This document shows, in pieces, positions 14,232 to 28,000 of a stretch of 64,000 bases of DNA. This DNA is from the human T2T-CHM13v2.0 reference genome, Homo sapiens. The notes under the pieces are model-generated. The model ran no database searches, was not told where the DNA came from, and was given only the letters and a program-made list of their open reading frames with translations. The position numbers and the translations under genes are program-made. The DNA is taken from assembly GCF_009914755.1 (NCBI RefSeq), contig NC_060925.1, one strand, 5' to 3'. Every line of letters starts with the position of its first letter. Position 1 is the stretch's first letter.

Positions 14232-15654
14232 ATATCTCTACTTGCTAACTTGTTAAACTGCTACAGTTTAAAGGATGTTAGTAGAAAACATGGGACACCT
14301 GAGTCATGGATTAGAGGCTCACACCAATAGCAGTAGCCAGAGCATCAACATTTGTGCTAGGTTCCCTGATGCTCAGTTCCCAAGAGCAATGCAAAGAGGT
14401 CCGTGTGTCACCTGCACATGCAATAAATTCTGTAACAGGAGAGAAATTTTGTGTTTAGGAGCCTAAGGATGCCTGCCCATTATTCCAGAGGCTTCATATG
14501 ATTCACATGAAGACACTGGATCTAAGACACTGGGGTTCTTAGCTCCAGAAAAATTTCCCATCTTCAAAATAAGGCATGGAAGGAACACCAATGCTGAATT
14601 CAATATGACGCATACAGGGTGGGTCAATGGATATCTGAATGGTAATCAATTTGGCCTAACGACTGAAGGTCCTTTGCCTAATATGCTCTTCTGGGTAAGG
14701 CATTTTAGGATTTTTGTATTGTCATGGATATTTTAAAGAATTCAGTAATGGCAGACATTAGATTTCTGTCCACCAAGGAATCTGGGAGCTTAGAGCCCAG
14801 ATTGAATTTAAAGAAAATAAAACAGGTGAAAATGTATTGCTTGCTAGTTTTGTGATATAGAATGGTATCTGTAAGAAACCCATGTAGAAGAAGGGGGGAA
14901 AGGCAGGTAGGAAGTATTGTAACTTTATTTTACAGAAGTATGTAGGGCTGAAATCTAGTTCCCGAGATTATAGATCTATTGATCACAAAACTTATTCCAG
15001 ATGGATAGATAATATTGTAGGACTTCTTATATATTATGTATTCTTGTCAGGATGGTTCAAGCTTACAAGTGGGGTTGAGTCTGAAAACATTTACCTATTT
15101 AACTATAGGAAATCTAAATTAGGGATATAAGGGAAAGAAAGGATTAAGGCAAAGACTAAAGGATTTTCCCTGCAGCTTTCATACTACTATGAATTTTAGA
15201 CCTAGATTATCTGGGAATTGGTTTATAGTTGTTTGTCGATGCTTCAAAAAAAGCTATAATTAGCATGAGTGTGAGTCAACAAAAGCCAAACCACTGTTCA
15301 GAAGATGGTGTAATCTGATGGCTTAAAACATTGTAGGGGCACAAGAACATTTAGAATATGTGTGAAAGCTATGGAACTTCTCTTTGGCAACTGCATTAAA
15401 TTTTATCCACAATTTAGGGACTTTGAGGGTCCCATGGGCTTTATTCAATTTCAATTTTAGTGTGTTATTAAAGCACTTTAGAGTGCTTGTGAAAATGTAG
15501 AATCACATGCTCTACAACCAGAAAGAACAGTACATTGGATCTAGAACAGGAAACTGAACGTAACCATTTCAGGAATAATTGATCAATTCTAATGCAATTG
15601 AGCCATGTACCACACTTGGAGGAAGAATATCCTCAACATTTGTGGCACCCTTCA

Positions 15655-15686
15655 AAACAAACAAACAAACAAACAAACAAACAAAC
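15655..15686. repeat. (AAAC)n microsatellite
   Basis: Read directly. Confidence 0.95.
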
Positions 15687-15719
15687 CATTGTCTAAATGC
15701 TAAATGGCTTTAAGACTAC

Positions 15720-16380
15720 TCATAAGGTAACTATTCTTCCCAAGTCAAGTTCCCCCTTCCCTTTATATATATCCTTGGTAATCTCATAGACTGGTATTAG
15801 ATTCCAGAGTAATCCTAGCTCAAGGTGAAGTTGGTGAGGTTTGGTGACAAGATCAGGTGCACTGAAATTGAGGGATTCTTTACTCACAACTTCCAGATGG
15901 AAGCCACAGCATTTCCCCATTGGGCATATTTGAGTTGCAGGGCACATGAGAACCAGAAATCTGAAACTCTATCCAAACTGTCTACTCCCTTTTTTAGCCT
16001 CAGCAATAGCAATGCGGTTAGTCTGCTTACATGTGAGTCCAAATGGAAAATAAATCTATTCTTTCTGTTCTTGTTTACCTTGGACCTAGAAGCTGGCAGT
16101 AGTTCATCAGTTTTCTGCAAAGAATTCCACTTTATTGTGAAGCCAGCTGCGTGGACTTTGTGTCCTATAATAACATCTTCATAGACAGCCACAGCAACCA
16201 TTGTGTAGAGCAGCCCCTGATCCATGATTATCCTGCAATGATTATTTTTGGTTTTGTCAGTAACTTCCTAAAACTGGATCTTCCTGGCATCTTTCCACTC
16301 CATGTTGTTCTGTGTGAGCTGCAGCTGCGTAGCTACAGCTTACATCCATCTTCAACACATATTCATGGTGTTTATATTAG
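15720..16380 (-). mobile_element. Possible ancient RTE-clade (L4/RTE-X-like) LINE endonuclease fossil
   Basis: Minus-strand translation AAHTEQHEWKD..EV...YT...HAAGFTIK..LQK.DELLP...RLTALLLLRL, then LGLLWNL...YKG in another frame. The order resembles RTE APE motifs (AALSETRW; YT; GVGFAIK; RL..LRL; LLGDFN). Similarity judged by eye only. Confidence 0.35.
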
Positions 16381-16894
16381 AGAAAATCGTGTGATTTTCT
16401 TATTTATTCAGTGGACAATAATAGGATATAATAGTATGTAATGTGAGGGAGTTGAAATACCAAAGGGGAAAGTTACCAATAAATAAGAATTCTGATAAAG
16501 ATATCCTATAACTAGATGGCAAAGCATAAATGTGTAAGTCTTGCTTTCGCTTGTTGTTATTTTAAAAAGTTATTCTGGGAAGATTTAGAGTAAGGCGTGA
16601 AGCAATCAGCTTGGGTGATTAGTAGAAGGGTCCAGAACAAGAAAATCTTGCTATGCAAGGTGGTTCTGAGAGATGCCTTACATTGATCAAGTAAGAGGTT
16701 AAAATGAGGCAGGAATGAATGCATCAGTCAGGAAACACGCTTCTGATCCAGAGGAAACATTTTCAGAAGTGTCGAAGGCAAAAAAGGTAAACTAAGTACC
16801 TCTCAGGAAAGATTGATTCAGCGTATCAGAAAATTTTTAAGAACCACATTAGCTGCAGGAGGCCACAACATTGATAATGCTAACTGTCCTCATT

Positions 16895-17420
16895 GATTTC
16901 TTCATTCAGTCAGCCATTTTACAACTATTAATCAGGCACCCACTGTTTGCTAGGCTCCCCAATAAGTACTATATATATAGTGGTAAACAAGACAGAAAAC
17001 ATTACTTCTGTCATAGGCTTTAGAATGTAGCATGGAAAAAAAAGAACTAGAGAGGATGTTTAGCATAAACTATGTGGATAGAGAAAATCAGTAACTCACG
17101 TATCCATTGAACAAATATGACATTCACAGTAAGGAGACTTATGTTCATTTAGAGTTTGGAGGAAAGTATACTCAAAAGTAAAGTTCAATAATATGAAGGA
17201 TATATATGGATTTCTGAATTGTAGGAATGAAATGGTAGAGAGGTAGGGGCAGGATTTGGAAAGCAGAGGAAGTGAAGGAAGTGTATTCTAGGCACAGTGA
17301 ATAGTACTGCCTAATAGTTGAGAGAGTTGGGGTTTTCAAAGACTAAAAGATTACCATGGTTAAGACATAGATTGTATTGAGGGGAATTGAAAAAGAATGA
17401 GATTGAAGAAGTCAAAATTG
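16895..17420 (-). mobile_element. L2 fragment
   Basis: Antisense L2 3' end TTCATTCAGTC...GGCACCCACTGTTTGCTAGGC...GTAAACAAGACAG. Confidence 0.7.
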
Positions 17421-17604
17421 AAATTATAAATTTTTACTTATAATCTACTTATCAACTTTTTTATTCAACAAATACTTCATGTAAAAACAAAAAGCTATAA
17501 AGAATAGGAATAGGATGATGAATTTTGTTTAAATACCACATTATATAATTATTTACTTCATTTGAGCCTCACCACAAGCCTATAGTTAGATAAAATAACC
17601 TGTA

Positions 17605-17705
17605 TGGGACTTCTGACCTAAATAACTATATAATAATAAATTAGAACTGTTTCAAGCTGCGAAATTTGTGGTAATTTGTTATGGCACCAATAGAAATCTA
17701 ATACA
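17605..17705 (+). mobile_element. MLT1 LTR 3' fragment
   Basis: GGACTTCTGACCT...AATTTGTGGTAATTTGTTATGGCACCAATAGAAATCTAATACA is a typical MLT1 terminus. Confidence 0.75.
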
Positions 17706-17789
17706 ATTTTGTGCAGCAAATATTTCCTTATTAGTCAGTAGTATTTCACAGTATCAATATTTCAGATAATTTATTAATGCTCCTTTGTT

Positions 17790-18110
<321 letters not shown>

Positions 18111-19908
18111 AATGCTCCTATTTTTAAGCATCTAAGTTGTTTCTCATTGTTCAACTATTACAAATAAACCTGTGGTGATCATTCTTTTACAAGACTTTTG
18201 TCATCATATGCTTTCATTTTTTACTGGAAAAGTACCTAGGAGTAGAATTACTGGATCATATAGTTGGCATATGTTTAATTTTAAAAGAAATTGTGGGAAA
18301 TTTTTCAAAGTAGTGGAACTATTTTATGCTCCCACCAACCATCTATGAAGTTGCAGCTGCTCTACATCTTCGTCCACATTTGGTGTTGTCATTCTTTTTT
18401 TATTTTAGATGTTCAGGTGAGTGTGAGTGTTTATATAATCTGAATACAACTCTTTGTGAGATGTATGTATTGTGAACATTTTCTCCAAGTTTGCTGTTGC
18501 CTGCTCTTTTTCTTAATGGTATCTTTGGATGAGAGAAAGTTTGAATTATGAAGTCTAATTTATCAATAAGGTCACGAGGATCTGTCTAATACTCCTTTGT
18601 CTAAACCCAAGTTTCACCTATAAAAGCTCTCAGGTTTCGGCATTTATATGTAAGTCTATAAATCTATTTCAAATTAACTTTTTTGTATGTAGCAAAGTTC
18701 ATTTTCTTCCATATAGATATCCAGTTATTTTAGCATCATTTGTTAAAAAGACTTTTGTTCCTCATTGTTCTGATGCATTATCAAAAAATCATATGTCATG
18801 TAACTCTATTTCTGTGTTAACTCTTTTACATTCACCTATTTTCCAACTTTTATGCCAGTATCACACTGTCATGATTATTTTGGCTTTGTAGAAATATTAA
18901 AATCAGGTGGTAAATAATTGTTCTTTTTCAAATTTTGTTTGTGAACAATATGCTTGCTTCCATATATCGCATTTTGTATTTTGTATATTTGATGTATTGC
19001 ATTTGTATTATCATTCAGTTGATGTTTACAATGCTTTGTTTTACTTCTTTGGCCATGAATTGTTTGGAAGCATGTTGTTTAATTTCCAAATGCTTGAGGA
19101 TTTTACACATATATTTCTTTTATTGTTTTCCAGCTTAATTTTATTATGGTTAGAAAACATTTTCTAAATGATTTCAAATTTTTTTAATTAAAGAGATTCG
19201 TTTTATGGTCCAGTATAAAGTCTATCTTTCTGAATGATCATGTGCACTTGTAAAGAATGTACATTCTATAGCTGTAAGATTTTTTTAAGGTTCTATGAAT
19301 ATCAAAAACGTAATTAATCCTGTTATTTGGATCATCACTTCTCTTTAGCCTGAATAACTTTGTTATTTCTTGTAGGATAGGTTTTAGCTTTCTTTTATCT
19401 AAAATATTTTCATTTTCTTCCATTCTCAAGCAATATTTTTGTTACATATAGAATTCTGGGTTGACAGTTTTTGATATCAGCATTTTAAAGCTGTATTTTA
19501 TTATCTCTGGCTGCCATCATTTCTGATCAGAAGTTAGCCATTAATTGTTTTGTTATTCCCCTTCATGTAATTTTTAGTTTTTCTTTTGATGCTTTCAGGA
19601 TTTGCTCTTCAACTTTTTTATTAATTTTTGATACAATGTACCAAGGCATGACTGTTTTCATGTGTATTTTGCTAAAGGGTCATTGCATATCTAGAATTAG
19701 CAAATTTGAGTGTTAAGTTGAATTTGGGACACATTCAGCCATTACTTTCTGAAATATTTTTCTTGTCTCATCCTATATCTCCTTTCTCTTGGGACTCTGA
19801 TTGCATATATGTCAGTCTAATATTATCTAATAGGTCCTTGACATTTTATACATATGTATATATACTAATTCTCAATGCTGTTTGCATTGTGCAATTTCTA
19901 TTGATGTA

Positions 19909-19984
19909 TTAGTTTGGTGCAAAAGTAATTGCTGTTTTTGCCATTACTTTTGCACCAACCACAATTACTTTTGCACCAACCTAA
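19909..19984. mobile_element. MADE1 (Hsmar1-derived MITE) with an altered centre
   Basis: TTAGTTTGGTGCAAAAGTAATTGC...ATTACTTTTGCACCAACCTAA terminal inverted repeats, flanked by TA. Confidence 0.93.
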
Positions 19985-20077
19985 TAGCTAACATTAACTA
20001 AACATTTCCACTGTCATCTTCATTAACCTATTTTAAAAAGAAATTCTAATATGTTATTCTCAGTTCTAGAATTTTCA

Positions 20078-20379
20078 CTTTTTTTTTTCTTTTTGAGACA
20101 GACTCTTGCTCTAGCACCCAGGCTAGAGTCCAATGGCACAACCATGGCTCATTGCAGCCTCTACTTCCTAGGTTCAAGTGACCCTCCTACCTCAGCCTCC
20201 CTAGTAGCTGGGACTATAGGCACAGGCTACCATGCCAGGCTATTTTTAAAAATTATTTTTTGTATAGATGAGGTCTCACTATGTTGCCAAAATTGGTCTT
20301 GAACTCCTGGACTCAAGCAATCCTCTTGTCTTAGCCTCTCAAAGTGTTGGGATTACAAATGAGCCACTGCACCCAGTCC
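20078..20379 (-). mobile_element. AluJ
   Basis: Antisense dimeric Alu with J-type CCATGGCTCATTGCAGCCTC and GGACTCAAGCAATCCTC. Confidence 0.92.
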
Positions 20380-20692
20380 TGGGTCTATTTTATTCTATCT
20401 ATTTATCTGCCAATATTCCCTACATTTTTCATGTATTGCAACCCTATTTTCTTTAATTTCATTGAAAATAATTTTATTAACTACTTGTGTAAGCTTTCCT
20501 GCTCATTCCAACAATTCTGTAATTTTGGAGTTGATCTCAGTTTATCTTTTCTCTTGAGACTAAGTAATGAATTACATCTGAACTTTATGAATATTAAGTT
20601 GCTGAAATTTTGAATTCTGGTTTTGTTTTTTTTTTTTTATTTTAACAAGCACTTAAGCTGGTTGGACATAAACTGCTGTTTTTCAGGTGATA

Positions 20693-20987
20693 TTTTCTTT
20701 TTCTTTTTCCTTTTTATTTGAGACAGAGTCTCACTCTGTCACCCAGACTGGAGGGCAGTGATGCAGTCTTGGCTAACTGCAAACTCCACCTCCTGGGTTC
20801 AAATGATTCTCATGCCTTAGCCTCACAAGTAGCTGGGATTACAGAAATGCTAATTTCTGTATTTTTAGTAGAGACAAGATTTCACCATATAGGCCAGACT
20901 AGTCTTGAACTCCTGACCTCCAGTGACCTGCACTCCTCAGCCTCCCAAAGTGCTGAGATTACAGATGTGGGCAACTGCGCCTGGCCC
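20693..20987 (-). mobile_element. Alu (AluS/Jb-like) with a small internal deletion
   Basis: Antisense Alu; GGATTACAGAAATGCTAATTTC lacks the usual GGCGCCCGCCACCACGCCCG segment. Confidence 0.9.
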
Positions 20988-21037
20988 AGATATTTTCCAT
21001 TTTAATTCAAATATTCTGTCTTTATCTGAGCTTCTTA

Positions 21038-21182
21038 TTTATTTTTATTTATTTATTTATTTTGTAGAGATGGAGTTTCACCATGTAGCCCAGGCTGGTC
21101 TTGAACTCCTGGGCTCAAACAAACCACCTGCCTCAGCCTACCAATGTGCTGGGATTATAGGAGTGAGCCACCACACCTGGCG
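21038..21182 (-). mobile_element. Free left Alu monomer (FLAM_C-like)
   Basis: Single monomer with its own A-rich tail and a perfect 16-bp TSD TTATCTGAGCTTCTTA (21022-21037 / 21183-21198). Confidence 0.9.
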
Positions 21183-21623
21183 TTATCTGAGCTTCTTAGT
21201 ATGTGCTCCATCCATGTATCATTCAGAGGTAAGCCAAAGATTGTCAAGCAGAATTTGGAAATCTCCTCCCTATTCTTTCCTTCAAGGGATTCTATGTCCC
21301 CACTCTCACTTCAGTAGCCAGTTTTTCAGCCTTGGTCCTCTGGTTACACAAGCAAGAAAACCTGTAATTATTTTTTATTGTTACCTCCAACACCTACACC
21401 ATTTTGACTGTGCCTGCCTTCATACTAAGTGTGGTAACAACTACCCTCCTCTAAGTATGGATACCCCACCAGAAGCTATTTCTGTTCACTTTCAGTGCTT
21501 TCAGATAGCCTCCTTTTGTATTAATATATGTCCAAAGTTTATAGTATTATCTGAAGATGAATGGGTTCATTAGTATTTTACTGATCACTAAAAGCAGAAA
21601 TCCTCTCTTTACATTATTAACCA

Positions 21624-21843
21624 CAGGTTGAGCATCCCAAATCTAAAAAGCTCCAAAACCCAAAATTTTTGGACACTGACTGGACCCTCAAAGGAAATGG
21701 TCATTGAAGCATTTCAGATTTCAGATTCATAGATTTGGAATGCTCAACTAGTAAGTATAATGCAAATATTTCAAAATCTGAAAAAAAAAAGAAATCTAAA
21801 ACACTTCTGGTCCCAGGCATTTTGGATAAGGGATATTCAACCT
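21624..21843 (+). mobile_element. Tigger4a/MER46-like DNA transposon fossil
   Basis: Ends CAGGTTGAGCATCCC ... GGGATATTCAACCT; internal AAAATCTGAAAAA...CACTTCTGGTCCCAGGCATTTTGGATAAG. Confidence 0.85.
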
Positions 21844-23828
21844 TTATTTCCTTTTAGTGGTTCCTATTAGCATTATAACATACATATTTTACTTTTCATG
21901 GCCTAATTAAAGTTTATACCGTACAATTTTGTGTAAACTGTAGAAACCTTATAACTATAGCAGCCTACTTATCATTCCTCAATTCTTAGTTCTATATTTG
22001 TTGCAGGTATGAAATCTATATACTTCATAATCCTTAGAAGGCAATGCTGTTTAGTAAAATATTATGAAAAAATATGTCTAATAATTTAATAAAATTATAA
22101 CACAAAGTAGTCTTTTATATTTCCATAGAAATTTAGTTTTAGATTTGTTCCTATTATTTCCCTTGAGTCTGAAGAATGTTTTTTTCCTTTCCTTGTAAAG
22201 CAGCTATGCTTACAACAAATTTTCTCCTTAATTATCTGAAAATGCCTTTATTTCAAATTAATTCTTAAATAGTATTTTTGTTAGATATAGAGCTTAGGTA
22301 AACAGGTTTTTTTTTTATTTAGCACTTTAAAGAAAAAATACATTGACAATGAATTGTGTGATAGAAAATCTCAAGAAAGGAAAAAGAAACATTTTTTAAA
22401 AACCTAATAGAAATCCCAGAATTAAAAGAATATCTAAAGTAAAAAAATAAATCACTAGAAGGACTTATAAGCATAATGGAGATTAAATAAAAACAAGTCA
22501 GTGAAAATAAAAGGAGTACAGAAATTATTTAATCTAAGAAGAAAACAATTTATAGTATTGGAGGAGGGGGAAAACACAGTCTCAGTGACCTATGGGATAC
22601 TATTAAAAAGTTAACATATTTTTTAACTGTAGTCTGAGAAGTCAAGAAAAAGAGAAGACAGAGAATGAAGCAGATGGCCAGAAGAGAGTTGCAGTAGCTA
22701 CTTTAAAATTCTATTTTCTAATTCAAATTATGAATAATTAAGTGGTTGGTCCCAGTCATTTGTATTTTTACTTGAGACTGAGTCACATTTTCCTAGTTCT
22801 GTGCATCTCAATTAATTTGAAGTGCATTCCAACCGTTATACATATTATCTTGTATCAACTCTGGTTGGTGTTGTAGACTTTTTAAAAGTGTTGATGTTTT
22901 TGCTTTAGCAGCCAATTAAATGGGTTGAATTCAAATTCAAATTTTTGTGTTTGGGATAGCTATTCTAATCTTAGTTCAGATCATTTGCTTTTATCTGAGT
23001 TGCTGTGAATCAACTTCCTGCATGTATGGTTCAGAGGACAGCCAGAGATTTAGGAAGAGATTATATACCAAATTTAGAAGTTTTTCCTCTCTGGCTCTCT
23101 CTTTTCTGAATTTCCCCGTCAGTTTTCAGTTCTTAGCCAAAACTCTGGCTTCTGATTCTTTGGGCCAGAAAGACTCTGGTTGTCCATAGGTGTTTTAGCT
23201 GCCAATTGCAGCACTGTCTCTGGCCATCCCAACAGGATAAAACCTATAACAACAAGAAAATCACTCTACACTGGTTTCTCTTCAAAAATATGTTTTATCC
23301 TCAGAATCTGTTTGCTTTTTTTCTCTCCCCAGGATCACCAAATTGCTATTTTATTTATTTTTGTCAGAGTTTATATGTTTGTTTTCCCTGTGAAATTAGG
23401 GTCTGTACACAGCTGTATTTAGAACCTACCCCTTCTTTTTGATGGATTAGAAAATTTGTTTTGACAAAGTTGAAGTCCCTGGTTATATTATTTTCTTTGA
23501 TGTCTAGCTATATTTCTAAAATTGGATTTTCTCGGAGATACACTTTTCTCCTCGTAATATATTTCCCTTTTAGTGTAAGATAGTTTACTCTGGATTTGAT
23601 TACAACCAAGATTTTTAATAATACATAATGATTTTTTTTTAATTTTAAGAGTACATAGTAGGCATATATATTTATGGGATACATGAGATATTTTGATACA
23701 GGCATGTAATATATGTTAATCATATGGTAAATGTAAATCTGTCATCTTAAGCATTTATACTTTGTGTTATAAATAATCCAATTATACTCTTTTAGTTATT
23801 CTTAAAGTGTACAATAAAATTATTATAG

Positions 23829-24176
<348 letters not shown>

Positions 24177-24606
24177 TAATCATTCTTTCTAACTACATTT
24201 GACCTCCTTAAGCATCCCTACTCCTCTTTCTACACCCCCTACTATCATTCCCAGCCTCTGATAACCATTCTTGTCTATCTCCACAAGTTCAATTGTTTTA
24301 ATTTTTGTCTCCCACAAATAAGTGCGAACATGCAAAATTTGTCTTTCTGTGTCTGCCTTATTTCACTTAACATAATGACCTTCAGCTCTATCCATGTTGT
24401 TGCAAATGACAGGATCTAATTCTTTTTTTATGGCTGGATAGTACTCAATTATGTATATGTACCACATTTTCTTTATCTGTTTACCTGTTGATGGACACTT
24501 AAGTTGCTTCCAAATCTTGGCTGTTATGAATAGTGCTACAATAAACATGGGAGTGTAGATATCCATTCAATATATTGATTTCCTTTCTTTTGGGTATGTA
24601 CCCAGC

Positions 24607-25003
24607 TGTACTAGTCCATTTTCGTACTGCTATAAAGAACTGCCTAAGACTGGGTAATTTATTAAAAAAAAAAAAAAAAAAAAAGAAAAGAGGTTTAATT
24701 GACTCACAGTTCTGTAGGCTGTACAGGAAGCATGGCTGGGAAGCCTCAGAAAACTTATAATCATGGCAGAAGGTGAAGGGAAAGCAAGCACATCTTTACC
24801 ATGGCAGAGGGTTACATAGTGAAGGGGGAAGTGCCACACACTTTCAAACAACCAGATCTCTTGAGAAATCACTCACTATCAAGAGAACAAGGAGGAAGCC
24901 CATCCCCATGATTCAATCACTTCCCACTAGGCCCCTCCCTCAACATGTGGGGATTACAATTGGAGGTGAGATATGAGTGGGGACACAGAGCCAAACCTTA
25001 TTA
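24607..25003 (-). mobile_element. MSTA/THE1D-like MaLR solo LTR, nested in L1MA
   Basis: TGTACTAGTCCATT...GGGGACACAGAGCCAAACC. Perfect 5-bp TSD CCAGC (24602-24606 / 25004-25008). Confidence 0.93.
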
Positions 25004-28000
25004 CCAGCATTAGTAGCTCTATTTTTAGTTTTTCAAGGAACATCCAAACTGTTCTCCATAGTGTTGTACTAATTTACATTCCTACTAACAGTGTACTAGG
25101 GTTCCCTTTTCTCCACATCCTTGCCAGCATTTGTTATTTCCTGTCTTTTGGATATAGCCATTTTAACTGAAGTAGAAGGATATTTCATTGTAGTTTTAAT
25201 TTGCATTTCTCTAATCATCAATTATGTTCAACACATTTTCATATATGCCTGTTTGCCATTTGTATGTCTTCTTTTGTAAAATGTCTATTCAGATCTTTTG
25301 CCCATTCTAAAATCAGATTGTTAGTTTTTTTTCCTATAGAATTGTTTGAGCTCCTTATATATTCTGATTATTAATTCCTTGTCAGATGGATAGTTTGATA
25401 ATGTTTTCTCCCATTCTGTGTGTGTTATCTTCATTTTATTGATTGTTTCCTTTTCTGTACAGAAACCTTTTGACTTGATGTCAATTTTTGTTTTGGTTGC
25501 TTATTCTTGTAGGATATTACTCAATAAATTTTTTCCCAGACCAATGTCCTGTAGAGTTTCCCCTATGTTTTCTTGTAGTAGTTTCATAATTTTAGGTCTT
25601 AGATTTAAGTCTTTAGTCCATTTTGATTTAATTTTTATATAAGGCAAGAGATAGGGGTCTAGTTTTATTCTTCTGCATATGAATATCAGTTTTCCTAGTC
25701 ATTTATTGAAGAGAATGACCTTTCCCCCAATTTCTGTTCTTGGCCCCTTCATCAAAAATGAGTCCACTGCAGATGTATAGATTTGTTTCTGGGTTCCCCA
25801 TTCTGTTCCATTTGTCTATGTGTCTGTTTTTATGCCAATATCATGCTGCTTTGGTTACTATAGCTTAGTAGTATAATTTGAAGTCAGGTAATGTGATTCC
25901 TCCAGTTTTGTTATTTTTGCTCAGGATACCTTAGGCTATTCTGGGTCTTTTGCAGTTCTATATAAATTTTAGGATACTTTTCTTACTTCTGTGTCATCGG
26001 CATTTTGATAGGGATTGCATTGGATCTGTAGATTGCATTGAGTAATCTGGACATTTTAACAATATTGATTCTTTCAATCCATGAACATAAAATATCTTTC
26101 CATTTTTGTATGTATCCTCTTCAATTTCTTAAATTAGTGTTTTATAGTTTTCACTGTAAAGATTTTCACTTCTTTGGCTAAGTCCTAGATATTTAATTTT
26201 ATTTGTGGCTATTGTAGATGGGATTACTGTTTTTCAGATTGTCCACCATTTACATATAGAAATGCTACGATTTTTGTATGTTAATCTTACATTCTGCCAC
26301 TTTACTGAATTTGCTTATCAGTTCCAGTAGTTTTTTTGGTGGAGGCTTTAGGTTTTTCCAAATATAAGATTATATCATCTGCAAACAAGGATAATCTGAT
26401 TTCTTCCTTTCCAATTTTGATGCCCTTTATTTCTTTCACTTGTCTAATTGCTCTTGCTAGGATTTCCAGTACTATGTTGAATAATAATGGTCAAAGTGGA
26501 CATTCTTTTTATGTTCCAGTGAGGGCTTTCAGTTTTTCTCCATTCAGTATGATACTAGCTGTGGGTCTTTCAGATATGTCATTTGTTATGTTGAGGTATG
26601 TTCCTTCTATACCTAGTCTTTTGAGGGTTTTTATCATGAGGAAATTTTGAATTTTATAAATACATTTTCAGCATTAATTGAATTGATTATATGATTTTTG
26701 TGCTTCATTCTGTTGATATGATGTATCACAGTGATTGATTTGCATATGTTGTACCATTCTTGCATCCATGGGATAAATCTCACTTAGTCATGATGAATGA
26801 TCTTTATAATGTGGTGTTGAATTCAGTTTGCCAGTATATTGTTGAGGATTTTTGCATCAGTGTTCACCAGGGATATTGGCCTGATGTTTTTTTTGTTTCG
26901 TTTTGTTTCTTTTTTTTTTTATATATATCTTTGCGTGGTTTTGGGTTCAGGGAAATACTGGCCTCATACAATGTCTTGGAAGTATCCCCTCCTCCTCTGT
27001 TTTTTCAGAATAGTTTGAGTAGGATTGGTATTAGTTCTTCTTGAAATGTTTGGTAGGATTCGGCAGTAAAACCATCAGGTCCTGGGCTTTTCTTTGCTGG
27101 GACACATTTATTATGGCTTCAACCTCACTACCTGTTCAGGTTTTGGATTTCTTCATGGCTCTATCTTAGTAGGTTGTATATATCTAGGAATGTATCCATT
27201 TCTTCTAGGTTTTCCAATTTATTGGCATATAGTTGCTCATAGTAGCACCTAATGATCCTTTGAATTTCTGCAGTATGGGTTGTAATATCTCCTTTTTCAT
27301 CTCTGATTTTATTTATTTGAGTCTTCTCTCTTTTTATTTAGTTGTGCTAAAGGTTTTTTAAATTTTATTTATCTTTTCATTTTGTTTATCTTTTTAATGT
27401 TTTCTTCATTACAATTTCATTTGTGTCTGTTCTGATTTTTATTATTTCTTTTCTTTTACTAATTTTGGATTTGGTTTGCTCCTTCTTTTCTAGTTCTTTA
27501 GGATGCATCATTAGGTTACTTGTTTGAAGTTTTTCTTCTTTTTGATGTAGGCACTTACAGCTATAAACGTCCCTCTTAGTACTGCTTCCACCATATAACA
27601 TAGGTTTTGGTATGTTGTCTTTCCATTATCATTTGTTTCAAGACATTTTATATTTTTCTTCTTAATTTCTTCATTTATTGATCCACTGGCCATTCAAATA
27701 CATATTGTTTAATTTCCATGTGTTTGTATAGTTTTCAAAATTCCTCTTGTGATTAATTTCTACTTTTATTCCATTTTGGTCTGAAGATTCCTTATACTAT
27801 TTCCATTTTTCTGAATGTTTTAAGACTTGTTTTGTGACCTAGCATATTGTCTATCCTTGAGAATAACTCATGTGCTAAGGAGAAGAATGGGTATTCTGAA
27901 GCTGGATAAAACATGCTGTAAATATCTGTTAAGCACATTTGGTCTGTAGTGCAGATTAAGTCCAATGTTTCCTTTTTGAGTTTTTGCCTAGATTTGTCCA

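Noticed and set aside
16080-16232. Possible minus-strand coding exon (CAG|GAT...AAG|GTAAAC)
   Set aside because: The acceptor has no polypyrimidine tract, the donor is weak and no partner exons are visible. A repeat fossil or chance explains it better.
20923-21573. 216-aa ORF, the longest non-L1 ORF
   Set aside because: Built from antisense Alu and FLAM sequence plus old L1; non-ATG start and no recognisable domain.
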